Source of the DNA: an uncultured virus (IMG/VR IMGVR_UViG_3300034023_001061)
Taxonomy: Duplodnaviria; Heunggongvirae; Uroviricota; Caudoviricetes
Length of the DNA: 64,000 nucleotides
IMG/VR virus record: IMGVR_UViG_3300034023_001061
Reading direction: 5' to 3' (one strand)
Position 1 is the first letter of the stretch; the number at the start of each line of letters is the position of its first letter. The notes beneath the pieces are model-generated. The model ran no database searches. It saw only the letters and a program-made list of their open reading frames with translations, and was not told the origin of the DNA. The position numbers and the translations under genes were made by a program. Shown piece by piece: positions 1 to 9,258 of the stretch.

Positions 1-284
1 AAATCGGTCAACCTCAACGAAAGCACGATCGAGGCGGCGCGTCCCGATGCGCTGGAGGCGGGAACCTACTTCTTGCTCGTGGCATACGCGAGCCACAACT
101 TCGACGTGTACGAAATCATCGCGAACATTTCGATCGACGAGAAGGGCTACCCGGTGTCGTTCACCTACGCCTCGGAAACGGTCATGTGCTTCGACCGCGA
201 GGAGACGGTCAAGACGCTGAACGGCCTTCTCTCGCACCCCGTCACGGGGTGTTTCTTTAGTAGGGTCTGCCGCGGAGGGAAGCA

Positions 285-560
285 GTGAGCGAACGATTCA
301 GCAAGGCAGCGGTCATCGCCTACGCGACGGAGCGAGCGGACGCCGCCGCGGCGACGTTCCAGAAGCTCACGGGCAACGCGATCGACCCGAAGAACGGCAC
401 GTCGCAAACATGGCCTACCGCATGGGAGCCGCTCGCGCGCCCCGAAGGCGATAAGAACCATCTCATCAAGCGAGCGCAGGAGGTGGCCGACGCCTTCGCG
501 ACGTGGAAGGCGATGCAGCGACTCGTCGGCGATATCAACGATGGCTACGTGGTGAAGTAA
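285..560 (+). CDS. hypothetical protein, tandem paralog A (MSERFSK family)
   Basis: GTG start overlaps upstream stop; N-terminus and spacing match the next ORF. Confidence 0.7.
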   Translation: MSERFSKAAVIAYATERADAAAATFQKLTGNAIDPKNGTSQTWPTAWEPLARPEGDKNHLIKRAQEVADAFATWKAMQRLVGDINDGYVVK

Positions 561-832
561 TGAGCGAACGATTCAGCAAGAAGAGCGTGGTCGCCGAGCT
601 CCTGCGTCGTATGGACACGATCGAGACGCAGTACAAGTCCCTCACGGGCCGCACGATCGACTCCGACGGCGGGACCGATCAGACGCGCGTGGTGAACTGG
701 TCTGAGCTCGGACGCAAGCACGCGACGCCCGACAAGGAACGCGAGGCGTGCGACCTTTACGGTCGCTGGCGGGCGCTGCGCCGGTTCTGCTTCGACGTTC
801 GCAGCGGCGACGTTCCAGCGGTGACGCCGTGA
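560..832 (+). CDS. hypothetical protein, tandem paralog B (MSERFSK family)
   Basis: TAATG overlap at 558-562; MSERFSKKSVVAE...LTGRTIDSDGGTDQT aligns with MSERFSKAAVIAY...LTGNAIDPKNGTSQT. Confidence 0.7.
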   Translation: MSERFSKKSVVAELLRRMDTIETQYKSLTGRTIDSDGGTDQTRVVNWSELGRKHATPDKEREACDLYGRWRALRRFCFDVRSGDVPAVTP

Positions 833-1236
833 CCGCCGAAACGTGGCGGGTGAGGCACCCCGACGGGAGCACCGACGCGGTGACGGTCACGAAACTCGAC
901 GACGGGAGGTGGCGCGCTGAGACACCGAGTGGGCGATCGTGGTCCGTTCGACCGTCGCCGCGTGCCGCCGTCACCGCCCTCTTCGACGATTCATCGGGCA
1001 CGGTGTTCGGCCCCGGCGAGACGCCCGAAGAACGCGCGGCGTTCGCCCGCGGCGTCGAGGCGATGCGCGCAGCGGCGGTGGCGGTGTGCCTCGCAGAAGG
1101 CGATGCCTCCGTCGCGGACGCGGAGAAGGCGACTGAGTACGAGGGCGTCTCGAATGCGCGATGGTCGGCGGCAACCTCGCTCATGCTCTCGCAGAACATC
1201 GAGGCCATCGTGATCGAACAGGAGAAAGCCAAGTGA
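829..1236 (+). CDS. hypothetical protein (WRV...GPGET motif family)
   Basis: GTGA overlap; resembles ORFs at 36961-37841. Confidence 0.6.
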   Translation: MTAETWRVRHPDGSTDAVTVTKLDDGRWRAETPSGRSWSVRPSPRAAVTALFDDSSGTVFGPGETPEERAAFARGVEAMRAAAVAVCLAEGDASVADAEKATEYEGVSNARWSAATSLMLSQNIEAIVIEQEKAK

Positions 1237-1475
1237 GAACAACCGAAAACGATGCAAGCATTCTCGTCGCCGTGGCGCGAAGGGTCGCCGACGAGACGAC
1301 CAAGATGGCGGAACCCGGCGAGGTTGTCGAGGTTTCTGCGAGAGCCTACGCTTCTGTTTTTCGCGCACTGGAATTGTGCGCGAGCGGACGGCACACGGAA
1401 GCGCTACAGCACATCGCGAACGTCGCGGGTGTCTCCGTGGATCGGTGGAGAGAACTCGCGGCAGACGAGAAGTGA
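1233..1475 (+). CDS. hypothetical protein
   Basis: GTGA overlaps on both sides; high-GC3 codon pattern. Confidence 0.6.
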   Translation: MRTTENDASILVAVARRVADETTKMAEPGEVVEVSARAYASVFRALELCASGRHTEALQHIANVAGVSVDRWRELAADEK

Positions 1476-1816
1476 GACGCCTCCCGCTGCTATGCGCGTC
1501 CGTTCTCGAAGAGCACGTCCTGCGCACCGAACCGTGCAGCGGAGCCGCGTGCGGCTGGTGGCGCGGTGGCGGTTGCTCCGCTCACGCAGCCACGGAGGCG
1601 AAGCTGGCGGAGTGGCTCGGCTACACCACGGGGCCGCTCCCGCCATGCCCGATCGCCGATCGTTGTACGTGGAACATCACGGCGCTCCGCGCGGGGCAAG
1701 CGGCGTGTTTCCCGCGGCGCACGGGCGACGTGTGCGAGCATCAAGGCGGCGAGTTCAACGCATTCGATTACGCCTATGGCCTTGAGTCGTCGCGGCAAGA
1801 GAGTGAGCAATCGTGA
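1472..1816 (+). CDS. Cys-rich hypothetical protein
   Basis: GTGA overlap; many Cys and Trp. Confidence 0.55.
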   Translation: MRRLPLLCASVLEEHVLRTEPCSGAACGWWRGGGCSAHAATEAKLAEWLGYTTGPLPPCPIADRCTWNITALRAGQAACFPRRTGDVCEHQGGEFNAFDYAYGLESSRQESEQS

Positions 1817-2313
1817 CGTTCCCTCGATACCTCGACGGCCCGTACACGAACACCCGCTACGTCGCGGAGCGCCTGATCGTCGCCAGCGAAGACGGGGCCG
1901 CAGAATCGGTGACCGAGCGTACCGTAAAACTCGACCTACGCAACGACGGAGAAGCCGCTGCGTTCCCCGTCGAGTCGCACGGTCGCATCGCGATCGACGA
2001 CCTCCCGCACACGTTCCACACGTCTAAGGGAACGTGCGAGCGCATCGTTGCGTGGTACGGTGCCGCGCTGGCGCAGTGGCCCGACGCCACGGTCGTGCTG
2101 TTCTGCCACGCCGGGTGCTACCGGAGTGCAGCGGCGGCGTACACGGTGCTCCGCGTGTTCCACGGCGTCGAGCACGACGAAGCCGTGCGACGTGTGCGGA
2201 CGCGCCTCGCGGACGGCACCACGGACACGTTCACGCCCGACGAGTGGCAGATCGAGGATGCCAGCGTGTGGTGCGAAGCGAGGTTGAATACGGGCGATGA
2301 AGGGAGCGTATAG
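1813..2313 (+). CDS. dual-specificity/PTP-like cysteine phosphatase
   Basis: CX5R P-loop: LFCHAGCYRSAAAAY. Confidence 0.8.
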   Translation: MTFPRYLDGPYTNTRYVAERLIVASEDGAAESVTERTVKLDLRNDGEAAAFPVESHGRIAIDDLPHTFHTSKGTCERIVAWYGAALAQWPDATVVLFCHAGCYRSAAAAYTVLRVFHGVEHDEAVRRVRTRLADGTTDTFTPDEWQIEDASVWCEARLNTGDEGSV

Positions 2314-2318
2314 CAAGC

Positions 2319-2711
2319 GTGAAAATCATCGAGAAGGTGACCGAGACGGTCGAACGTGACGAGGTGAAGGAGGTGCACTGCAACCTCTGCGGAGAACCGG
2401 ACGACAACGTCGACCTCCCCACACTCGACGCTTCTGGCCGGTGGAAGAGCACGTTTCCGCCCGACAAGGAGCGATGGACGTCCGATATCTGCGAGCACTG
2501 CGTCGCTGCGCTGTTTCTCGTCTGCACCATCCCGCCCGACGTTTACAACGAGGCGACCGGAGAGGAGGAGCAGGAACCGGGTGGCAAGATGGCAGCGCTG
2601 CTCGCGGGCCAGTGGTGCGGGGGCGACTCACGGGCCGTCATCAAGAGCCTCCAATGGATCGTCTCGTCGGCGACGAGACGCCTCGCGTCGCTCGCGAAGG
2701 CGCCCGCGTGA
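2319..2711 (+). CDS. hypothetical protein with two CxxC motifs
   Basis: CNLC and CEHC; operon context. Confidence 0.6.
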   Translation: MKIIEKVTETVERDEVKEVHCNLCGEPDDNVDLPTLDASGRWKSTFPPDKERWTSDICEHCVAALFLVCTIPPDVYNEATGEEEQEPGGKMAALLAGQWCGGDSRAVIKSLQWIVSSATRRLASLAKAPA

Positions 2712-3034
2712 TGCGCGTCGCATTCATCGTCGCCCACGCACTCGTCGCTCGCGTCGCCCTCCGACTCGGCGCCGCCGCTCGTATCCCGTACGGCTGCTCG
2801 GTCACGTTCCCGCGCGGGCCGTGGTGCGTCGACTTGAACGTCGCGAACAGAATCGTGTGGAGCAACGGGCGCGACGACGTGTGGCGACGCATCGACCGCG
2901 GCGCCGTGTTCGTTGTCGCGGAACTCTACGGCCACGACTACGACGACGTGGTCGTGATGCGCGCCGCCGACGAAGTGACCGGCGCTGCGGCGGCTGCGAT
3001 GGTGCGGCGGGCCGACGGAGACGACGATGAGTAG
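2711..3034 (+). CDS. hypothetical protein
   Basis: TGATG overlap; codon pattern. Confidence 0.5.
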   Translation: MRVAFIVAHALVARVALRLGAAARIPYGCSVTFPRGPWCVDLNVANRIVWSNGRDDVWRRIDRGAVFVVAELYGHDYDDVVVMRAADEVTGAAAAAMVRRADGDDDE

Positions 3035-3242
3035 CGACGCGCCCACGATCACTCGCACCACCGTCACGCTCGCCTGCGGCGTGTGCGGGAGCGCGCACGG
3101 CGGAACCTGCGAGGAGTGCGAGAACAACCCAGCGATCACCGCCGACGCGTTCCGCTGCGAGTGCGGGGGCGTGTGGCTCGCCGACCGGCACCCGCGGCAC
3201 GAGCGCGAGTGCGTGCAGCACGTCGCCGCGAGGTCGAAGTGA
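3027..3242 (+). CDS. small Cys-rich (zinc-binding) protein
   Basis: CGVC, CEEC and CEC motifs. Confidence 0.55.
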   Translation: MSSDAPTITRTTVTLACGVCGSAHGGTCEECENNPAITADAFRCECGGVWLADRHPRHERECVQHVAARSK

Positions 3243-3712
3243 CCTACCCACGATGGATCGCTGGCGGTCCCGCCGACGTGTCGGTGCGCTCGAACGTGCT
3301 GTTGCGCGAGGTCGCCGACGGACTGTTCGTCGGTTCGTCGCTCGCGTTGCCGATCATCGGCCAGTGCGCGGCGGTGCAACTCTCAGATCGGTGCCCGTGG
3401 CACGACGGGCCGACGCTGCGAATGCCATTCGCCGATGGCACTGCGATCCCCGACGACGTTCTGCACGCCGCGGTGGTGTTCGCGCGCGCGTGGCGCGGCA
3501 CGCTCCCGGTGCTGGTGCAGTGCCACGCTGGCCTCTCGCGAAGCGCGTCGGTGGCCTACGCCATCATGCGGCGCGTCGATCGCCTCTCGCACGCGGAGGC
3601 GCTGGCGAGGGTAGCACACTCGCAGGAGCACAACGACCGGACGTTGCACTGGCCGAACATGCACACGCTCGCAAGTGCGAAGGCGTGGTGCGATGTGATG
3701 GAGAATCGCTGA
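3239..3712 (+). CDS. second dual-specificity cysteine phosphatase
   Basis: EVADGLFVGS and VLVQCHAGLSRSASVAYA (CX5R); N-terminus TYPRWIAGGP resembles TFPRYLDGP of ORF 1813. Confidence 0.85.
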   Translation: MTYPRWIAGGPADVSVRSNVLLREVADGLFVGSSLALPIIGQCAAVQLSDRCPWHDGPTLRMPFADGTAIPDDVLHAAVVFARAWRGTLPVLVQCHAGLSRSASVAYAIMRRVDRLSHAEALARVAHSQEHNDRTLHWPNMHTLASAKAWCDVMENR

Positions 3713-3743
3713 ATACGCGGTTGCGTTTCGTCGTATCACACGC

Positions 3744-4880
3744 ATGGCACTGCACCCCTCCGCATCGTGGTCGTTCGACGACCTCTCGCGCGAACTCGAA
3801 GACCGCGTGTTGCGCGGCATGGTTCGCGTGACGACGGCGCACGACGCGCCGCACCTTCGCCTCTACGTCTACAAGAAGAGCACCGAGCACGATCGCTCGT
3901 GGGACCACATCACCACGATGGCGCGAGGCATCACGCTCGACTACCGCGCTCGTGTGATCCGATCGCGACCGTTCCCGAAGTTCTTCAACTACGGGGAAGT
4001 CACCTACACGATCCCCGACGGCCCCGTGTCGTTCTTCGACAAGCCCGATGGCTCGCTCGGCATCGTGTTCCGCGACGGCGACCGCTGGCGCATCACCACG
4101 AAGGGCGGGTTCACGTCGCCGCAGTCGCAGTGGGCTGAATCGTGGATGCGCGCGAACGTCAACCTCGACGCGCTGCGTATGGGCGACACCTACCTCACCG
4201 AGATCGTCTACCTCGCCGACCGCAAGGTGGTGCGCTACGACTTTGAGGGCATGATCCTGCTCGGCGTCTACGCCGCGGACGGACGCGGGTACACTCGCGC
4301 GGAGGTAGAGGATGCCGCGCGACTCGCGGGTCTCCGCGTCGTCGAGGCGCTCACCTTCGACTCGTTCGCGAGCATGATGGCTGCGGTGGCGACGTTCGAT
4401 CGTGATCGCGAGGGGTGCGTCGCTCACTGGCCCGATACCGACTACCGCGTCAAGGTCAAGGGCGCCGAGTACCTCCGTGTGATGCGCGTGATTTCGCGGG
4501 TCACGCCGCTGGCGGTGTGGGAGGCGATGCTCGCGGGCGTGAGGCTCGACGATCTGCGCCGCGAGGTGCCCGAAGAGTTCTGGGGCGACTTCGACGCGAT
4601 CGCTGCGGCGCTCAGGCGGCAACTCACGGACCTTATCGGGACGATCGACCGCGAGTGCGCGCGCGTCGCCGACAAGACGAACCGCGAGGTGGCGGCGATG
4701 CTAGACACGTTCGACCCCCGCGCCCGTCGGTTCGTGCTCGCCCGACGCAAGAAGGGCGACGGGATGGTCACCGACAAGCAGGCTCGCGCGGCGCTGTTCG
4801 ATGCGATTCGCCCCACCGGCAACGTGCTCGCGGGCTACACGCCGAGCGAGTCGCTCCAGCGGGCGGCGGGCGGGGAGTAG
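3744..4880 (+). CDS. T4 Rnl1/RnlA-family ATP-dependent RNA ligase
   Basis: ARGITLD...RPFPKFFNYGE, nucleotidyltransferase motif I KPDGSLG, EG-x-V and RVKVK motifs. Confidence 0.85.
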   Translation: MALHPSASWSFDDLSRELEDRVLRGMVRVTTAHDAPHLRLYVYKKSTEHDRSWDHITTMARGITLDYRARVIRSRPFPKFFNYGEVTYTIPDGPVSFFDKPDGSLGIVFRDGDRWRITTKGGFTSPQSQWAESWMRANVNLDALRMGDTYLTEIVYLADRKVVRYDFEGMILLGVYAADGRGYTRAEVEDAARLAGLRVVEALTFDSFASMMAAVATFDRDREGCVAHWPDTDYRVKVKGAEYLRVMRVISRVTPLAVWEAMLAGVRLDDLRREVPEEFWGDFDAIAAALRRQLTDLIGTIDRECARVADKTNREVAAMLDTFDPRARRFVLARRKKGDGMVTDKQARAALFDAIRPTGNVLAGYTPSESLQRAAGGE

Positions 4881-4884
4881 CGCC

Positions 4885-5172
4885 GTGCCGGAGCAACTCC
4901 CGATGTTCCCGGCCCCCGACGTGCCGCTGGCGCCCGACGACGGCACGTTGCTCCGCGCGCTCGCGAGGCTGCGCACCGCCATCGCCTCCGCGGGCGGCGC
5001 CCCCGACGACTGCCGGGTCACGAAGGTGCGGTACGACCGGGCGACGGGAGAGGTGCGCGCAGGCATCGTCGTGGCGGGCCGCTGTAGGGCCTACAGCGCA
5101 TCGGCGCCCGACGTTCGGGTGTCGCTCGCGGAAGTGGCGGCGGCAGTCAATGCAGGGGCTAACGCACCGTGA
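4885..5172 (+). CDS. hypothetical protein
   Basis: GGGGAG RBS before GTG; operon context. Confidence 0.5.
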   Translation: MPEQLPMFPAPDVPLAPDDGTLLRALARLRTAIASAGGAPDDCRVTKVRYDRATGEVRAGIVVAGRCRAYSASAPDVRVSLAEVAAAVNAGANAP

Positions 5173-5615
5173 GCGCGCCGCCCTCCAGCCTCATCGTCGC
5201 GACGGCGAACATCAACACCTACGCGGGTGCGGATCGCTTCGATATCACGCGAGGGACGGGCAAGGGCGACGGGCTCCTGTTCGCGCCGAGTGCCGAAATC
5301 CTCGCGCCCGCGATATCGGCCCGCAGGCAAGCAGAACCGCTTCTCCGACGCGGCAACGAACGGCAGGCGCTCGCGATCGAACACGCCGCGTGGCGAACGT
5401 ACGAGCCGCTCTACGTCGAGGAAATGCGGGCGTCGTGCCGCGAGCACCGCGATGCGTGGGATCGCCTGCTGGCGCGCGAGAAGGTGACGCTGGTGTGCTT
5501 CTGCGACCTCACCAGATGGCCCGCGGATCACTGCCACCGAGTCGTGCTCGCGCGCTTGCTCACGAAGTTCGGCGCCACGTACGAGGGCGAGCTCAAGCAA
5601 CCCACGCTGTTCTGA
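5169..5615 (+). CDS. DUF488-like protein
   Basis: KVTLVCFCD...HCHRVVLARLL resembles the DUF488 C-terminal Cys/CHR motif. Confidence 0.55.
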   Translation: MSAPPSSLIVATANINTYAGADRFDITRGTGKGDGLLFAPSAEILAPAISARRQAEPLLRRGNERQALAIEHAAWRTYEPLYVEEMRASCREHRDAWDRLLAREKVTLVCFCDLTRWPADHCHRVVLARLLTKFGATYEGELKQPTLF

Positions 5616-5633
5616 GAACCAACGGAGGATTCA

Positions 5634-6161
5634 ATGGCAAGAAGCAAGACGCGCAGCACCAGCGAAGCGTTCGCGATTCTCGAACGCTACCGCGCCTACA
5701 AGCTGCAATGCGCCCGCGTTCTCGCCGTGCGCATCGCGAGGGTGCGCGGCACCGTACACGTCGGGCTCGTGCGCGCCGCGCTCGTCGCGGAGGGCATCCT
5801 CGACGACGTGCCCGTGCACGAAATCAACGGGCCGTCGGAACGCTGGCGCGGGCCGCTGTTCGCCGACCGCAAGGTGTGGGAGAAAACGGGCGAGCGGGTG
5901 CCCCGTGCGAACCGCGGGCGGAACGTTCACGGCGGCGACACGGTGAACGAGTGGCGGCTCCGCGAGGGCGCGGACGTATCGACGTACCTCGTGATGCCCG
6001 ACCCGCCGTTGCCCGACCCCGTAGAGGCGCAGGAGCCCGCTGCGGCGACGGTCGGCGCGGAGTTCTCGCTCACCCGCGCCGCGGAGCAACTGCGGGCGGC
6101 GATCACCGGCACGCTCGGCCCCGACGCGGAACTCGCGCTCAGGTGGATGGAGGGGAAATAG
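5634..6161 (+). CDS. hypothetical protein
   Basis: GGAGGA RBS; codon pattern. Confidence 0.65.
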   Translation: MARSKTRSTSEAFAILERYRAYKLQCARVLAVRIARVRGTVHVGLVRAALVAEGILDDVPVHEINGPSERWRGPLFADRKVWEKTGERVPRANRGRNVHGGDTVNEWRLREGADVSTYLVMPDPPLPDPVEAQEPAAATVGAEFSLTRAAEQLRAAITGTLGPDAELALRWMEGK

Positions 6162-6166
6162 TCACC

Positions 6167-6886
6167 ATGCGAATTCTCGGCCTCGACTTCTCAGCATTCA
6201 CCCGCGGCGGCACCGCAACGGCGGTCGTTCGCGACGCGGACACCTTCGCGCACGTCGCCGAAATCGACGTGGCCTACCGCCCGAGTCCGCGCGCAGGCTT
6301 CGGCGTCGAGGTTGACGCCCGCGACGCCTACGGTCGCCCGCTCGCGTTGAACGCGAGCCTGTTCTTCCGCGCCTACGTTTCGGTCAACGGCGCGCTGGCG
6401 CGTGGCATCGCGATGGCGCTCACGCCCGACGGCGTGGGACGATCGCTCTGCTTCGACGTGTACCCCGACGATGGCGGCCTCGACGGCATGATCGCTCGGT
6501 GGAAGCTCTGGGCGAACAGCGATGCGTGGGCCGAGGGCACGCCCGAGTGGCGCGACGGTGAGGCGGGCTTCTGGCGAACGCTGTTCGGCCCCACGTCGTA
6601 CGACGAGGAGGTGGTCGCGAGCGAGAACGTGAAGATCACGCTCCCCGAAGCGCAGTACGACGCGACCGTCGAGGTGATCGAGGAGCGATGGTCACGCCCG
6701 CGCTGGCGCGGTGCGTGGCACACGCGCAAGTCGGCTCGCGTCACGGTGCCCGCTGGCGTGCCGATCCCCGAGAACGCGATCACGAACGACTCCGTGGTGC
6801 GCGACCTTCGGTTCCCGTGCGACAACGTGGCGGCGGCGGTGATGGCGTTCCAGCAGGCGATCCACGAGGAGCGGGAGGGGCTCTAG
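6167..6886 (+). CDS. hypothetical protein
   Basis: ATG after GGAGGGAAA; only this 3' part of the listed 823-aa ORF looks protein-like. Confidence 0.65.
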   Translation: MRILGLDFSAFTRGGTATAVVRDADTFAHVAEIDVAYRPSPRAGFGVEVDARDAYGRPLALNASLFFRAYVSVNGALARGIAMALTPDGVGRSLCFDVYPDDGGLDGMIARWKLWANSDAWAEGTPEWRDGEAGFWRTLFGPTSYDEEVVASENVKITLPEAQYDATVEVIEERWSRPRWRGAWHTRKSARVTVPAGVPIPENAITNDSVVRDLRFPCDNVAAAVMAFQQAIHEEREGL

Positions 6887-7020
6887 CGAACGTTCAGCGC
6901 GGCGAGCGTTTTCGGGCCGGTGATGCCATCGGCGGTGAGGCCGTGGTCGCGCTGGAACTTCGCCACGCAGCCGTCGCCCCAGTAGCCCGCGCGGTACAGC
7001 GCCGTCGCAGCGCGCCACGC
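6883..7020 (-). pseudogene. orphan peptidoglycan-binding (PG_binding_1-like) fragment with no evident start
   Basis: LYRAGYWGDGCVAKFQRDHGLTADGITGPKTLAAL* carries the FQ...GL..DG..G..T..AL signature. Confidence 0.6.
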
Positions 7021-7036
7021 CGTGCCTCCCTTCTCG

Positions 7037-7222
7037 TTACTCGACGATCGCCGGAGCCTTGATATAGGCCGACACCGCTTCGCGGATGATCGTGGTGCGC
7101 GTAACTCCGGGGTCACCGCGCCTCAGACGCTCTCGCTCGACGAACATATCGAGCGCGTCCATCTGCGTTTGCAGTATACGAAGATTGAAGTTGACAAGAC
7201 CTTCGATTCGATGGCGCGACAT
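7037..7222 (-). CDS. ribbon-helix-helix (CopG/Arc-like) regulator
   Basis: VNFNLRI strand, helix, then TRTTIIREAVSAYI; divergent from the HNH gene. Confidence 0.6.
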   Translation of the reverse strand: MSRHRIEGLVNFNLRILQTQMDALDMFVERERLRRGDPGVTRTTIIREAVSAYIKAPAIVE

Positions 7223-7303
7223 TGCACGTATCTTTCATGCGCATGGGATGTTGACGCGATGCTTCTCGTGTGCGATTGTACGCGAACGAGGAGGCAGTAT
7301 TCA

Positions 7304-8176
7304 ATGATCGCCAATCCAATCGGACTCGTCTTCGGCAAACTCACCGTCAAGGCTTCGCGCAAGGCCGCCAGCAAGCACGAACTGTGGGATTGCGTGTGTG
7401 CGTGTGGTCGGGAGAAAACGATTCGCGCGGGACTGGTCTACCGCGGCAAGGTGGAATCGTGCGGGTGCGATCGGCCCGTGTCCCCGGACGTGAGCGACTA
7501 CACGAACGTCAGGTTCGGAATCGTGACCGCAGTCGAGCGTGTCAACGCGGCGTCGTGGCGCTTCCGGTGCGACTGCGGAACCGAACGTGTGGTCAACGCC
7601 AGCAAGTTGAAGAGTCTGCTGTCGTGCGGGTGTCAACACGCCGAGGCGGCTAGGCGGAAGCGCCTCTCTCACCGCGAGGGAGGTTCGACCGAAAGTCACC
7701 GCTCCGGGGAGTACAGTGTTTGGGGTTCGATGAAAACTCGGTGCTACAACGAGTCGGCGAAGTCGTTTCGCTACTACGGCGCTCGCGGCATCTACGTGTG
7801 CCGCGGGTGGGGAACGTACGAGGCGTTCCTCGCGTCGATGGGAAGGCGACCGTCGCCGTCTCACACGATCGACCGCATCAACAACGACGGTTCGTATACG
7901 TGCGGCGAGTGCGACGACTGCAAGGCTCGCGGCGTGCCTCTCAACTGCCGGTGGGTTACCATGCTGCATCAGGCCAGAAACAAGCGTAATTCAAGGTTCG
8001 TGACGGCGTTCGGACAAACGAAATGCGTGGGGGAGTGGGCAAGAGAAATCGGACTCCCGCCGCACGTCCTGTACGGTCGCCTGAATATGGGTTGGTCGCT
8101 GGAGGAGGAGCGGTGCAGAGCGCCCGTTAAAGTCAGGCACGCGAAGATCGACACGTCCGCGACGGCGGACGACTAG
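7304..8176 (+). CDS. HNH-type homing endonuclease
   Basis: two FG-x-x-T...W-x-x-x-C-x-CG...SCGC repeats, WGSMKTRCYN...YYGARGI, TIDRINNDG...NCRW..Q..N, C-terminal HTH. Confidence 0.85.
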   Translation: MIANPIGLVFGKLTVKASRKAASKHELWDCVCACGREKTIRAGLVYRGKVESCGCDRPVSPDVSDYTNVRFGIVTAVERVNAASWRFRCDCGTERVVNASKLKSLLSCGCQHAEAARRKRLSHREGGSTESHRSGEYSVWGSMKTRCYNESAKSFRYYGARGIYVCRGWGTYEAFLASMGRRPSPSHTIDRINNDGSYTCGECDDCKARGVPLNCRWVTMLHQARNKRNSRFVTAFGQTKCVGEWAREIGLPPHVLYGRLNMGWSLEEERCRAPVKVRHAKIDTSATADD

Positions 8177-9174
8177 ACCGACGCGATCGCCTCCCACGCC
8201 GCCAGCGTGGCATCGCCCGCGGCGCCGTCGATCGCGAGTCGAGCGCCCGTCGCGTTGATCGCGAACTGCGCAGCCTTCACGACGTTCTTCGCCGTCATGC
8301 CCTTAGCGGCGAACCCTTCACGGATGCACCAGAGCACGAAGCGGAGGCACGTTTCCTCGCGAGGCGCGATCATGGGGTCGCACCAGATCACGAGCGGGTC
8401 GCCCGCGCAGACGCCGCGCGAGAGGAGCGCATCGACGAACTCGTGCGACTTCCACCCGTAGCCTTGCAGCGTCACGCGCAGCGGTCGCGAGAGTCCCGCA
8501 GCGCGCAGCGACGGCTCTACTTCGGCCCACGAAGCGTCCATCGCATCGAACGTCGGGCGGTAGTAGGCGCCGAGGTTGTTGTAGATGTACGCCTGCCGGA
8601 AACGCCCCCACGAGCACACCGTCGCGAACTCGTCGACCGGGAACCCCTTGAACGTTCCGCCTTGATCGATCGGTTTCGCCGTTCGGCGCACGTCCCCGTG
8701 GCTCGTGATTTTGTACCAGGGTTGGTCACCGACGCACGCTCCCGGCGCTGCGGTATGGATCGCGTTGCAGAGCGCGAGCGCGCCCGATTCGTCCATATCG
8801 TCGGCGGGGCCGGTGTCGGAGTCCCACTGCCCCTCCGCGTCGAGGAGCCCCGCGGCGCACGACGCTTGCGCGAGCACCGAACCGACGAGTTCGCCCTTGC
8901 GCTTCGCGGTGAGATCCTTCGAGTCGAGCCCCCACGAAGCGAGCGCGGCGAGGCCACGATTCTGCGCGAGTCGCGCGAGTCCGTCCCACGCCTTCGAGAG
9001 TTCTTCGGGGAACCCGTGAAACACGACACCGGGCATCCCGAGCGCCGCGATGCGATCGCAGTAGCGCGCGAGCGTGTCGCGCTTCTCGGTCGCGTCGCGC
9101 CCGCGGATCGCGCCGCGGTAGAGTTGGAGGTAGTAGCCTTCGGGCGGCGCAGGCCGCGCAGTTGCGGTTGTCAT
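8173..9174 (-). CDS. putative endolysin / glycoside hydrolase with C-terminal peptidoglycan-binding domain
   Basis: LLDAE (DxE) in an alpha/beta core; C-terminus VKAAQFAIN...LAIDGAAGDATLAA; class A promoter upstream. Confidence 0.55.
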   Translation of the reverse strand: MTTATARPAPPEGYYLQLYRGAIRGRDATEKRDTLARYCDRIAALGMPGVVFHGFPEELSKAWDGLARLAQNRGLAALASWGLDSKDLTAKRKGELVGSVLAQASCAAGLLDAEGQWDSDTGPADDMDESGALALCNAIHTAAPGACVGDQPWYKITSHGDVRRTAKPIDQGGTFKGFPVDEFATVCSWGRFRQAYIYNNLGAYYRPTFDAMDASWAEVEPSLRAAGLSRPLRVTLQGYGWKSHEFVDALLSRGVCAGDPLVIWCDPMIAPREETCLRFVLWCIREGFAAKGMTAKNVVKAAQFAINATGARLAIDGAAGDATLAAWEAIASV

Positions 9175-9258
9175 GCGGCGCAACGTAACCGAAAATATCG
9201 CGCGCGTCACGATGCGACGATTGCCCCGCGAACGTCGCCCGTGTATCGTCGGCGCGGC

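Noticed and set aside
4415..6166. 5' part of the listed 823-aa ORF
   Set aside because: Arg-rich shadow frame over four real genes; only 6167-6886 looks coding.
7020..8176. Group I intron carrying the HNH gene
   Set aside because: The ORFs fill the space, no core intron pairings were recognised, and the lysin has its own stop codon.
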